From the sequence record NC_007023.1: a stretch of 64,000 bases of DNA; one strand, 5' to 3'. Made by a program: the position numbers and the translations under genes. Positions 22,524-30,935 of the stretch are shown here, in pieces (the first letter of the stretch is position 1; the number at the start of each line of letters is the position of its first letter). The notes beneath the pieces were generated by a model. The model was not told the origin of the DNA. It saw only the letters and a list, made by a program, of their open reading frames with translations, and made no database searches. The DNA comes from Escherichia phage RB43.

Positions 22524-22715
22524 ATGTCAAATCAATTTGAAAGCCAGCACGACGCTAAATGCGTGGTGTGCAAACGTCCAATGGTAACAGCTACTGGGTT
22601 TGTTACCGAATCCGGTCCCGTTTGTGGTCCTATCTGTGCTCAGTATCTGATTGAGCGTGATAAATCTGGACTGAACGAAGCCGACGATCTGAACGAAGTT
22701 CAAATGTTGCTGTAG
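22524..22715 (+). CDS. small hypothetical protein with CxxC...CxxxC zinc-ribbon-like motif
   Basis: ATG immediately after uvsY stop; 63 aa; Cys pairs CVVCKRP...CGPIC. Confidence 0.5.
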   Translation: MSNQFESQHDAKCVVCKRPMVTATGFVTESGPVCGPICAQYLIERDKSGLNEADDLNEVQMLL

Positions 22716-23032
22716 GTGGGAATATGAACACGGAAGATGTTGACTTTTTCGACGAAAGGCCGGATCTGATTGATTCCGGTTGTTTCGAAGATGAACACCC
22801 AGATTTTTAATCAGTAAATAGATGTGTACCCCTTGTTGGGCTTGGGCTTGCCGTATGGCGTACCCATTTGCGCCGTCCGATAGAATTTACTTTCGGCGGG
22901 GTGATTGGTAAAATACCTTCGAGTAAAGGCCAGTGAATAGTAATTCGGAATAGTACCGCACCGAAATAAATAAATGTACTTCCTCGCGGTTCTGTTATGC
23001 CGCTGTTTATATGACTGCGGTTATATAAAATT

Positions 23033-23066
23033 AAAGCCCCTTCCTTTCGGTTGGGGCTTCTTTTTT
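23033..23066. terminator. bidirectional hairpin terminator between convergent transcripts
   Basis: AGCCCC...GGGGCT stem with T-run downstream on plus strand and A-run upstream; overlaps uvsW.1 stop. Confidence 0.6.
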
Positions 23067-23295
23067 AGAACTTCTCTTCTTCTCCGGTTTCAAGTTCGGC
23101 TTTGAGTTCTTCACGCCGTCCCTTGATCGCGTCACGCATTGAAATGTCATCGGATGCTGCAACTTCAACTTCCTTGACCCGCGTATTGTAATACTTTTCC
23201 AACTCTTTCAAACCGTCCAATGTACGGCACGAAGCAACTTTATTCATGAAATCATCAATTGCGGCTTCGTTAACGAATTCAGTAAAACTTTTCAT
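23065..23295 (-). CDS. uvsW.1: UvsW.1 (small protein encoded downstream of uvsW)
   Basis: 76 aa minus-strand ORF right after uvsW; good RBS AAGAGG; same size as T4 UvsW.1. Confidence 0.7.
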   Translation of the reverse strand: MKSFTEFVNEAAIDDFMNKVASCRTLDGLKELEKYYNTRVKEVEVAASDDISMRDAIKGRREELKAELETGEEEKF

Positions 23296-23304
23296 CTTAA
23301 CCTC

Positions 23305-24804
23305 TTAAATTTCTACCTGTTTGATCACGTAGTCGAATCGTTCTTCATTGTAGATCCGCACACGTTCCATAGCATGTTTCATGCCGTAGTTAGTTGCACT
23401 ATATTTATTTTTGGCTGTCTTCGACTTCGCCAGCGTTGCCAGGTTATCGACGATATCCCATACAGTAGCCAGCGCTTTCGAACCATGCTTACGCAACACG
23501 CGCCCGATCGACTGCTTAACAACAACGGCAGATTTGCAAGGGTGTGCAAAAATGATGTGATGCAGGTTCTTGATTGAAATACCTGTACTCAGTACCCCGA
23601 TCGAACCGATTACAATCAAACCCTTTGTTGATTCCGCAATCTTTTTCATTTCGTTGCGGTCGTCAATGTCCGTATCGCCGTTGATCAACACAACGTTGTC
23701 ATAAACCTTGCTCAACTTCTCGTACAGCCATTTTCCGTGTTCTTTATACCGGAACATCACGAATGTGTTTTCGTTCTTCTCACGGGCTAATTTAAGCGCT
23801 AATTTTAGAATCCATGCGTTGCGCCGTGTATGGCTTGTAACGTACTTGATTTCTGTCTGGTAGTCCGCACCTTTTAACTTCTTAACCTCTTCTTCTTTGT
23901 ATCGAAGAAAGATTGTGTTAATTTTCAGGTTGGTGACTTGTCCATCATCCATCAAACGACGCGTATCAACTGGTTTAAAGACTTTACCGAACGCACCGAT
24001 GTATTGCATCATGTTCGTTTTCCCTTCTTTCAGGGAACCGGATAACCCCAGTTTGAAAATGCACTGATCCATTGTGTCGATAATCTTTTTGATGCTCAAC
24101 CCTGTTGAGAGGTGGCATTCATCAACCATCAGGCACATGAACTGCTGGAACCACTCAGCAGGCATTTTAACCGCTGATTGCCAGGTTGAAACATAGATTA
24201 GCGCGTTGCTGTTCTTAGCAGTACCGGAACGAATACCCAGCATTGCCGATTTCGGAAACAGTCGATAGTTTGCGATGTCCTCGATCATTTGGTCAACCAG
24301 CGCCGTAGTTGGAACGATAATCAGCACTTTACCGCTGTAATGTTCCAGACACCAACGGGAGATAAGACCCTGAATCAGTGATTTACCCGCTGACGTTGGC
24401 AGGTTCAGAACACCTCGACGGTTTTTGATACCGTGGAATACGGATTCGCGTTGATACCAGTAAGGATCGATCTTTTTGTCGCCGTCATAAACTGGATGCT
24501 CGTTTACCCACTTGTCAAAATCTTCTTGCGTGATATCCTCTGTCTCGTGGATCTTCGGATCTACCCAGATTGAATACCCGCGCGATTCTGCGAATTTTGC
24601 TACCAGATAGGCTAATCCATACGGGAGTTTTCCGTTGTAGTCCATCAGGTAAATGTACCCGTTCCATCCACCATATTTGTACTTGTTTTGGTACTGATAG
24701 CCTGGAGGCTGGAATGAAAAATAGTCACGCAGTTCATAGACAATGTTTGCTTCTGCCTGAATCTGTACGTGGCTTGTGTTTAAATATTTGACTTCAATAT
24801 CCAC
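23305..24804 (-). CDS. uvsW: UvsW RNA-DNA and DNA helicase (apparent GTG start)
   Basis: 499 aa; LNLPTSAGKSLIQ, KVLIIVPTTAL, DECH, GSLKEGK.N.MQY, IGRVLRKHGSK.ATVWD match T4 UvsW; first codon is GTG. Confidence 0.9.
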   Translation of the reverse strand: MDIEVKYLNTSHVQIQAEANIVYELRDYFSFQPPGYQYQNKYKYGGWNGYIYLMDYNGKLPYGLAYLVAKFAESRGYSIWVDPKIHETEDITQEDFDKWVNEHPVYDGDKKIDPYWYQRESVFHGIKNRRGVLNLPTSAGKSLIQGLISRWCLEHYSGKVLIIVPTTALVDQMIEDIANYRLFPKSAMLGIRSGTAKNSNALIYVSTWQSAVKMPAEWFQQFMCLMVDECHLSTGLSIKKIIDTMDQCIFKLGLSGSLKEGKTNMMQYIGAFGKVFKPVDTRRLMDDGQVTNLKINTIFLRYKEEEVKKLKGADYQTEIKYVTSHTRRNAWILKLALKLAREKNENTFVMFRYKEHGKWLYEKLSKVYDNVVLINGDTDIDDRNEMKKIAESTKGLIVIGSIGVLSTGISIKNLHHIIFAHPCKSAVVVKQSIGRVLRKHGSKALATVWDIVDNLATLAKSKTAKNKYSATNYGMKHAMERVRIYNEERFDYVIKQVEI

Positions 24805-24875
24805 TATGATTACCCTATGTACAAAGTATATAGGTATTTATTGCCTAAATATTGAATAAACACTGGAGATAGACA

Positions 24876-25796
24876 ATGAAAATTGATTACGAATTGGTAG
24901 AAGGGTTCCGTGCTCTGCCTACTAAAGAACAGAAAGGCGCACTGGCTGACTACGCTCAAAGCACCTTTGAAGTAAAATTGAACAAACAAAAATCATTCGA
25001 TAACATGCTGGCTGATCTGGAAGCTGCTGTACCAGCGGAAGAAGAAAAACCGGAACTGCTGATTGATTCCCCAGAATCCGCGATCGTTTCGTACACTGGT
25101 AGCGTTGCAATGGATGAACCTGTTGTTAACGCTCCGAACATTCCTGATGTTGTTGTCGATGTGTCGCAGGACTTTATGGATTACGTCAAAGACGTTGCGC
25201 CGGAAGTGGCTGATCAGATTAAATTAGTCCCTGATGTTGTTGTCGATGTGTCGCAGGACTTTATGGATTACGTCAAAGACGTTGCGCCGGAAGTGGCTGA
25301 TCAGATTAAATTAGTCCCTGATGTTGTTGTCGATGTGTCGCAGGACTTTATGGATTACGTCAAAGACGTTGCGCCGGAAGTGGCTGATCAGATTAAATTA
25401 GTCCCTGATGTTGTTGTCGATGTGTCGCAGGACTTTATGGATTACGTCAAAGACGTTGCGCCGGAAGTGGCTGATCAGATTAAATTAGTCCCTGATGTTG
25501 TAGAAGCGTCTGTAACCGCTTCTGACGAGTCCAAAGCTGATATGGCATGGTTGGACGGGTTTAGCCCTACAATCGTTCTGATGGGGCGTAGCGCTCGTTC
25601 TAACGGCTATTATACGTGTCCCTGGTGGATCTACGATTGGATTAAGAAAAATCCAGATTGGTACAAAGATCCTGACCAGTGTCCACACTACAGCGCACGG
25701 GATACCCTGAAATCGCTGGTGTACTACATCAAACGTGATGGTCAAGTTACTGTGCGTGAAACGCGCAACAGCAGTTTCGATACCTTCAAATTTTAG
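24876..25796 (+). CDS. Hoc-like capsid decoration protein with C-terminal capsid-binding domain and internal 4 x 29-aa perfect tandem repeat
   Basis: C-terminal ...YYTCPWWIYDWIKKNPDWYKDPD...RDGQVTVRETRN resembles T4 Hoc capsid-binding domain (AYIWCGWWVMDEI...GKDW...DVQESRNGY) as recalled; location next to uvsW as for T4 hoc; RBS GGAGA. Confidence 0.6.
   Translation: MKIDYELVEGFRALPTKEQKGALADYAQSTFEVKLNKQKSFDNMLADLEAAVPAEEEKPELLIDSPESAIVSYTGSVAMDEPVVNAPNIPDVVVDVSQDFMDYVKDVAPEVADQIKLVPDVVVDVSQDFMDYVKDVAPEVADQIKLVPDVVVDVSQDFMDYVKDVAPEVADQIKLVPDVVVDVSQDFMDYVKDVAPEVADQIKLVPDVVEASVTASDESKADMAWLDGFSPTIVLMGRSARSNGYYTCPWWIYDWIKKNPDWYKDPDQCPHYSARDTLKSLVYYIKRDGQVTVRETRNSSFDTFKF
25143..25501 (+). repeat. 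perfect 87-bp direct tandem repeat, 4 full copies plus 11-bp partial, in-frame inside the Hoc-like gene
   Basis: Copies start at 25143, 25230, 25317, 25404; each encodes PDVVVDVSQDFMDYVKDVAPEVADQIKLV. Confidence 0.95.
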
Positions 25797-25896
25797 CACT
25801 TTTTGCTAAAAATCTGGTTGACTCGTACCCCGCTTTAAAGTATATTTGTACTCGAAGGCGGGGGAAAGGCTCTCGCAGTGAAAGAAGGAAAGCAAA

Positions 25897-26214
25897 ATGA
25901 AAAACGAAATGATGAAAAATGCTTATTATCCGGTTTTGTTTGTTTGGGGCGGGGAAAAAGTTAAAACTATCGTTAATTCACAAGCTCCGTATTACACTGT
26001 AGGTGAAGCACTTCGTCACGCCGCCGAAGCTGATTATCCGGTATCATTTGAACCTGGTTATGCTCGTTGGAACGGTTCTAAGTGGGTTGCTGATAGCTGG
26101 GACAACTACGAAGAATCAAGAATGGAACATGATCCTGATTATGTTTCTCGCCAGATGGAAGCGCACATGATTGCAGACCGTCGCCTCGATAATGAAGCTC
26201 GCGGATTCTGGTAA
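25897..26214 (+). CDS. hypothetical protein
   Basis: 105 aa ORF with RBS GAAGGAAAG; followed by hairpin terminator. Confidence 0.5.
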   Translation: MKNEMMKNAYYPVLFVWGGEKVKTIVNSQAPYYTVGEALRHAAEADYPVSFEPGYARWNGSKWVADSWDNYEESRMEHDPDYVSRQMEAHMIADRRLDNEARGFW

Positions 26215-26220
26215 AATTTA

Positions 26221-26243
26221 AGGGGGCGAAAGCCTCCTTTTTT
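26221..26243 (+). terminator. rho-independent terminator
   Basis: GGGGGCGAAAGCCTCC hairpin followed by TTTTTT. Confidence 0.5.
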
Positions 26244-26287
26244 ATAGGTGAATAATGAATAAATAAAATCATGAATGTCTGAAAGAT

Positions 26288-26824
26288 TTGTCAGATGGTA
26301 AAGAAATCGAGAACGTTATATTCCTCGATATTGACGGCGTGTTAAATAATATGCGCTCTATGAAATTCGGTGAACATATGGACATCGAATGTGCGCGACA
26401 TCTACGCCGGATCGTCAACCATGCAAATTGTGATATCGTTGTTTCTTCAACGTGGCGCATTGGGAACACGACACACACCCTACGCGAAATCCTGTACCCC
26501 TGGGGCTTGTATCGCGTTATCGGTCGAACCTGTAGCAACATGGTTGGTAATTGTGTGCGTGGTGATGAAATAAAGGCGTGGATCGATACGTTCGGATGTA
26601 AGAACTACATGATCCTTGATGATGATTGTGATATGTTGCCAGAACAAAAAGATCACTTCGTCAGAACAGATCCTGAAATCGGGCTTACCGAAGAACAATC
26701 AACCTTTGCGATCCGCAATATATTTGGAGTAACAACCCCGTTTTGTCCTGAATGCAACGGCTATGGGCGCGTGAACCAATACGATAAATGCGGTAGCTGT
26801 AACGGTAAAAAATTGCGTCTATAA
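26288..26824 (+). CDS. HAD-superfamily phosphatase with C-terminal Cys-rich zinc-ribbon (apparent TTG start)
   Basis: N-terminal FLDIDGVLN (HAD motif I), SSTWR, ILDDD motifs; C-terminal CPECNGYG...CGSCNGKK; no in-frame ATG upstream of motif I. Confidence 0.6.
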   Translation: MSDGKEIENVIFLDIDGVLNNMRSMKFGEHMDIECARHLRRIVNHANCDIVVSSTWRIGNTTHTLREILYPWGLYRVIGRTCSNMVGNCVRGDEIKAWIDTFGCKNYMILDDDCDMLPEQKDHFVRTDPEIGLTEEQSTFAIRNIFGVTTPFCPECNGYGRVNQYDKCGSCNGKKLRL

Positions 26825-26827
26825 ATA
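26820..26827 (+). promoter_or_regulatory. T4-type late promoter -10 box (TATAAATA) upstream of second Hoc-like gene
   Basis: Exact TATAAATA about 25 nt upstream of ATG 26852. Confidence 0.5.
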
Positions 26828-26851
26828 CAGAAAAACTAAGAGGTTTCAATA

Positions 26852-27355
26852 ATGGCTACTGAAAAATGGACTACGGTTCACCCTATCCCGTGGCGTAACA
26901 CCAGCTTTACCTATCTTCCGTGGTGGATCTATGATATCATCGTTGCTGCTAATACGGCAGGTGGAGATTGGCGTGATTACGCAGAAGAAAAATATGCGAA
27001 AGAATTCGTCACGCTGAAACAAGCATACATCGACTAGACCGATGTTGATTTCATCGAATCTCGCAACGGCTACCTGTACAAACTCAGTGATTTTACTCCG
27101 GCTGATCCGGTTGTTACTATCACCCCGAAAACTGCCCCTGCTGATTTTAAAGTAGGCGATCCTGACCTTGCTGCAACCGATCTGTTTACTATCGATCCGA
27201 GCGGTACGGCTATGACTCTGACTGTGGATTCCTCTGGTCATGCGTCGATCGTTGGCGGTAAACTCCATGCTATAAGCGCTGGTGATGTTGTTGTAACGGC
27301 GACCTCCGGTTCTGTTACTGCAAACCTGACTGTAAATGTTAAAGTTGCTCCATAA
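26852..27355 (+). CDS. second Hoc-like gene: N-terminal capsid-binding domain interrupted by in-frame TAG (27035-27037), then Big_2-type Ig-like domain
   Basis: ATG 26852 to TAG gives 61 aa (VHPIPWRNTSFTYLPWWIYDII...GGDW...); same frame stays open to TAA 27353-27355 encoding ...FIESRNGYLYKL... plus Big_2-like domain; homology to Hoc spans the TAG. Confidence 0.5.
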
Positions 27356-27370
27356 CTAAGAAGGTAAAAC

Positions 27371-27871
27371 ATGCTTCTATTCGAATTCAATGATGTATTC
27401 GCGAAGTTTAGTGATGCAATTCAGGCAAAATTCGGCAAACGTCCCGAAAACATGACAGAAACAGAATACAATACTGCTGTTTCGTCCCTGGTTCGTACAG
27501 ATTTCTATGAAAAGCTGGCGATCGAGGTGTTGGGCTGGGACATGATGAAATGGGGTATGACTTATCGCGATCGCGAAGTTGGTTTCATTCTCGTCAATGA
27601 GGTTAAAAGCCCTCTGTGGGTAAACAACCAAAAAGTTGCATACATGGATAAGGTGTGTGCGGAAATGGGTATTGTGCGTCTGGATTTCTGGACGTGTAAG
27701 GATCTGAATGAACTGAAAGGTCATGCTTATCGTTGCCCTCTGATTTCTCGCAATGAGAAACATCGTCAAGCATGGGATAGCGCTGGCAAGTATCGCAGTG
27801 TATATCTGAATGATGACATGAACATCACTATTCAGGATGTGAACCGCGCCTTTGCGGATTACACACCATAA
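27371..27871 (+). CDS. hypothetical protein
   Basis: 166 aa ORF, RBS AAGAAGG, followed by terminator. Confidence 0.55.
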   Translation: MLLFEFNDVFAKFSDAIQAKFGKRPENMTETEYNTAVSSLVRTDFYEKLAIEVLGWDMMKWGMTYRDREVGFILVNEVKSPLWVNNQKVAYMDKVCAEMGIVRLDFWTCKDLNELKGHAYRCPLISRNEKHRQAWDSAGKYRSVYLNDDMNITIQDVNRAFADYTP

Positions 27872-27878
27872 ACAAAAA

Positions 27879-27906
27879 AGGGAACCGCAATGGTTCCCTT
27901 TCTTTT
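27879..27906. terminator. bidirectional rho-independent terminator
   Basis: GGGAACCGCAATGGTTCCC hairpin flanked by A-run and T-run; between convergent genes. Confidence 0.7.
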
Positions 27907-28367
27907 TACAGCTTTCTAACTTCTTTCAACGCTTCTTCTTTGCTACCAACGAAGAGGATCGCTTTTCCTCCCGCTTTCCTGAAAGGTAGTACCGCTTTCG
28001 CTCTGTCATCGAACAGTACACCCTGACCTGCATAGGCTGCTTTTTCGCCGCTGCTTTTGGTGTAGTGGAATTCAGGCAGATATCCTAACAGTTTAACAAG
28101 CGCTTTGCGTTTTTGTTCTGCAACTTCTTCGGAATTGTATTTACCGACACTGGTCAAGATCGCAACCTCGCCTAATGTTCTCATATGGCAGAACAGCGCA
28201 ACACCTTCTTCAATCGGTTTTAAATTTTCGTAGAAGTCGGTTTTAGATATTGCCTCTTTTGCCTTTTTGAGTTCATCCTGTGGCATTCTTGCTGGATCAC
28301 CATACATCGGTATGAAAGAACCTTCCCAATCAAACAGTACACCATCCATATCAAAGAAAAATTTCAT
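27906..28367 (-). CDS. HAD-family phosphatase, 5'(3')-deoxyribonucleotidase-like
   Basis: Starts MKFFFDMDGVLFDW (HAD motif I of the 5'-nucleotidase type); ...VLFDDR... near C-terminus; RBS GAGGAA. Confidence 0.6.
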   Translation of the reverse strand: MKFFFDMDGVLFDWEGSFIPMYGDPARMPQDELKKAKEAISKTDFYENLKPIEEGVALFCHMRTLGEVAILTSVGKYNSEEVAEQKRKALVKLLGYLPEFHYTKSSGEKAAYAGQGVLFDDRAKAVLPFRKAGGKAILFVGSKEEALKEVRKL

Positions 28368-28416
28368 ATCAATTCCTCGCTTTGTGTGTGCATCATATTC
28401 ATATATGTTCTCATTG

Positions 28417-29250
28417 TCAACCCCATGTATCGGTTTTGGGTGCGTATGCTGCAACTTTAGCAACCAATTCCTTATCAAGCTGGTCAATAGATTTCTGTGC
28501 TTTACCTTTTGACTTAACTTTGATGTAGTTAGACTTGACAACAAACATACCGCCTTTGTCAGATTTTTTGATCTCGCTATCGATACCAACTTTGTTAAAG
28601 CTGATCCAGATATCACCATCCATATACTGTTTCAGTGAATCGCCCATGTTCAGGATCTTAGCCATAGTAAGAGCGGCCCCTTCGTGGGTATCCATGAGGA
28701 TCTCTTTAGGAACCACACGGTCACGTTTCAGGTTCTGCTGCATAGCAATATGAACATCGTTCATTACCCAAACGATATGGATGTTTTCTTTATGGTATCC
28801 CAGCGTTTCAACGTCACGGGCAATGCTTGCCAGCTTGCTCATGCTTTTTAGGGTAACGTCGAAAATCAGGTTTGGTTTGCGGTCTTCTGGTGCTGCTGCA
28901 ATACCAGCATAAACACGCGCCTGGTTTTTGTTGGATACGTTGAAAACGTCTGCGATCACATGATGCAGGGTTGCCACGTTATCCGGGTTTTTCAGGTTCA
29001 TGGTTTTAACATCATGACCAGTTTTAGCTTTGATTTCTGCCGCCAGTTTGGTGCTACCCATTACCAGCTTTTTCAGTGCGTCAACGTCCAGTGTGATTCC
29101 TTCGATACCTAACAGTTTTTCGAGGGTAAAACCTTTACCGGAACCCGCACCGCCAGCCAGGATCACAACCTGACCAAATTTAGGATATGCCTTGCCGCCA
29201 AACGTAATCAACGCTTCGTCAAGGGATACAAAGTCTTTGAATGATTTCAT
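28417..29250 (-). CDS. P-loop NTPase, putative nucleotide/nucleoside kinase
   Basis: Walker A VVILAGGAGSGKGF; hydrophobic-D Walker B-like LIFDVT; 277 aa; RBS GGAG; immediately upstream of the HAD nucleotidase. Confidence 0.5.
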   Translation of the reverse strand: MKSFKDFVSLDEALITFGGKAYPKFGQVVILAGGAGSGKGFTLEKLLGIEGITLDVDALKKLVMGSTKLAAEIKAKTGHDVKTMNLKNPDNVATLHHVIADVFNVSNKNQARVYAGIAAAPEDRKPNLIFDVTLKSMSKLASIARDVETLGYHKENIHIVWVMNDVHIAMQQNLKRDRVVPKEILMDTHEGAALTMAKILNMGDSLKQYMDGDIWISFNKVGIDSEIKKSDKGGMFVVKSNYIKVKSKGKAQKSIDQLDKELVAKVAAYAPKTDTWG

Positions 29251-29362
29251 CTTAGAACTCCAGGGTTATTTTAATATATTTATTGACACCGTTTATTGGT
29301 TGGGTTTATAGTGAAGTTGTTCGACGGATAAGCCGGAAGAACTTAACCATAAGGTAAACATC

Positions 29363-30283
29363 ATGAAACTTGAATTAAACCGCTTCATCAAAGCCGCTGC
29401 TGCTGGCGACCAGTCAAAATACAAATCCCGTCGCGATACCCTGATTGACGATTTCTGTAATCTGCTGGGGTTCAAGCGCTGGCATACTCCGTCTATGCGT
29501 CCAGACTGTGATCCAAAATGGGATTACTTCAAATGGACTCCCCGCGATCGTGGTTATGTCGATAACGTCCGCGTAATGACATTCACTCATATGTACGCAA
29601 ATGCAATAATAGAAGTTGCCAAACGTAATAATTCTACGTACCCGAACGGGTGGAAGGTTGCAGAAGTCATTGAAACCCTGATGCAACTGCGCCGTGAATA
29701 TAAAGCTGGAATGATGATGCAACTGCGCCGTGAATATAAAGCTGGAATGATACGTAAATTGGAAGAACAATCCGAAAGACATGAATATAAAGAATGGTCT
29801 ATCGTCGCAAAATATCTGCTGAACATCACCTATTCGGTTTTCTGTCGCTTCGGAACAAAAGAAATCGGGTTCGGTTCTCATGATATCATTGCAGAAGCCC
29901 GTCATCGCCTGACATACGCGATCCTGAAAATTCAAAATTCCGGTGGTCTTGTTCTGGCTGCATTCTGTGATGAAATTGTGTACTACGGCGATCAGGTTGA
30001 AGTTGAAGGTGTTCACCACGAAAAATTCAACAAACTTGTGTTCGGACAATATAACAGCTATTCATACGGAAACGATATCCGCGTGATGATGCACCCGCGT
30101 ATTATGCTGGATATGGAAGGGTGGGAACCTGGACACGGGATCGGTGATATCGAAAGCCAGCGTGAACGCCGTGTTCGTTCTGTCGCAAAAGCTCGCGAAT
30201 TGATGACGGGTAGCCTTACTGATTACCTGTTCAGAACAAAAGAAGACGTTGAAAAAGAATTTGTTGACTTGTCGGGCGAATAG
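29363..30283 (+). CDS. hypothetical protein (contains 12-aa in-frame tandem duplication)
   Basis: 306 aa ORF; LMQLRREYKAGM duplicated. Confidence 0.55.
   Translation: MKLELNRFIKAAAAGDQSKYKSRRDTLIDDFCNLLGFKRWHTPSMRPDCDPKWDYFKWTPRDRGYVDNVRVMTFTHMYANAIIEVAKRNNSTYPNGWKVAEVIETLMQLRREYKAGMMMQLRREYKAGMIRKLEEQSERHEYKEWSIVAKYLLNITYSVFCRFGTKEIGFGSHDIIAEARHRLTYAILKIQNSGGLVLAAFCDEIVYYGDQVEVEGVHHEKFNKLVFGQYNSYSYGNDIRVMMHPRIMLDMEGWEPGHGIGDIESQRERRVRSVAKARELMTGSLTDYLFRTKEDVEKEFVDLSGE
29681..29752 (+). repeat. 36-bp direct tandem duplication (2 copies)
   Basis: ATGCAACTGCGCCGTGAATATAAAGCTGGAATG repeated with 36-bp period. Confidence 0.9.
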
Positions 30284-30350
30284 CGATAAGCTGTAATCAC
30301 TGAAAACAAGGAGATAACCATGAATACCATTCACTGCCGCAAAGAGTTCG

Positions 30351-30638
30351 TTGAGTTCTATCACGGATCATGTACTGCTGCCGGAATCGAAAGGCATGTT
30401 GTTACCTCCTTGTGCGTCTGAAACTCTGTCAGAGAAAGGCAGAAAGAAAAACTTAGACCGTGTTTTCTTCACCGCTGATATAGGTTTAGCCCGTATCTAT
30501 GCTGGAAGGGCTGCACGGTCAATCGGTGGTGATCCGGTACTGTATCGGGTTGTGTGTCCAGTTGACGCGGTATGTATGAACGACGACAAAGGCGCGAGTG
30601 TTTATCATGCTGCATGGGCTTTTTGTGAGGAAATATAA
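30351..30638 (+). CDS. hypothetical protein (TTG start in ORF track; alternative ATG at 30396)
   Basis: 95-aa ORF; overlaps a 33-codon ATG-initiated ORF (30320-30421) in another frame; start uncertain. Confidence 0.35.
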   Translation: MSSITDHVLLPESKGMLLPPCASETLSEKGRKKNLDRVFFTADIGLARIYAGRAARSIGGDPVLYRVVCPVDAVCMNDDKGASVYHAAWAFCEEI

Positions 30639-30775
30639 TGGAAATTTTGGTTCCTTTACTTGTTATTATGTTTATCGTGGTTTGGGTTATTGGTCCACTC
30701 ATTTTCATAGGTTATATCCTTTCAGAACACCAAAAATTTAACGAATGTTTGCGAAAAGGAATAAAATATGAATGA
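30638..30775 (+). CDS. small hydrophobic (membrane) protein, 45 aa
   Basis: ATG overlaps upstream stop (TAATG); translation MEILVPLLVIMFIVVWVIGPLIFIGYIL... is a single TM helix. Confidence 0.35.
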   Translation: MEILVPLLVIMFIVVWVIGPLIFIGYILSEHQKFNECLRKGIKYE

Positions 30776-30935
30776 TCGTGTTTTAGCAATTCTCGTTTTC
30801 CTTCTGGGGTATCGGGTTGAGGTGTTCGGTGGACACATGATGCTTAATGGTGACTTGACCGCAATTTGGATGGTTGCTGTTGGTGTTATGTTCACTTTCT
30901 TATCATTTGCGATTGTCAACGAGGCTACCCAATGA
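30768..30935 (+). CDS. small hydrophobic (membrane) protein, 55 aa
   Basis: ATG overlaps previous ORF; MNDRVLAILVFLLGY...IWMVAVGVMFTFLSFAIV two hydrophobic segments. Confidence 0.35.
   Translation: MNDRVLAILVFLLGYRVEVFGGHMMLNGDLTAIWMVAVGVMFTFLSFAIVNEATQ

Noticed and set aside
22806-23032. Looked for tRNA genes in the non-coding stretch near uvsW.1
   Set aside because: No cloverleaf-compatible sequence, no GTTCGAAT-type T-loop box or CCA-proximal acceptor pairing recognised.
25143-25501. Considered whether the 87-bp tandem array could be a CRISPR-like array
   Set aside because: Repeats are directly adjacent with no spacers and are in-frame coding sequence inside an ORF.
26846-27268. 140-aa minus-strand ORF overlapping the second Hoc-like gene
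   Set aside because: The plus-strand frame carries Hoc-like and Big_2-like homology and a late promoter; the minus-strand product is Arg/Ser-rich with no recognisable features.
29414-30049. 211-aa minus-strand ORF
   Set aside because: Antisense to the better-supported plus-strand 306-aa gene (which has an RBS and upstream promoter-like sequence); likely shadow ORF.
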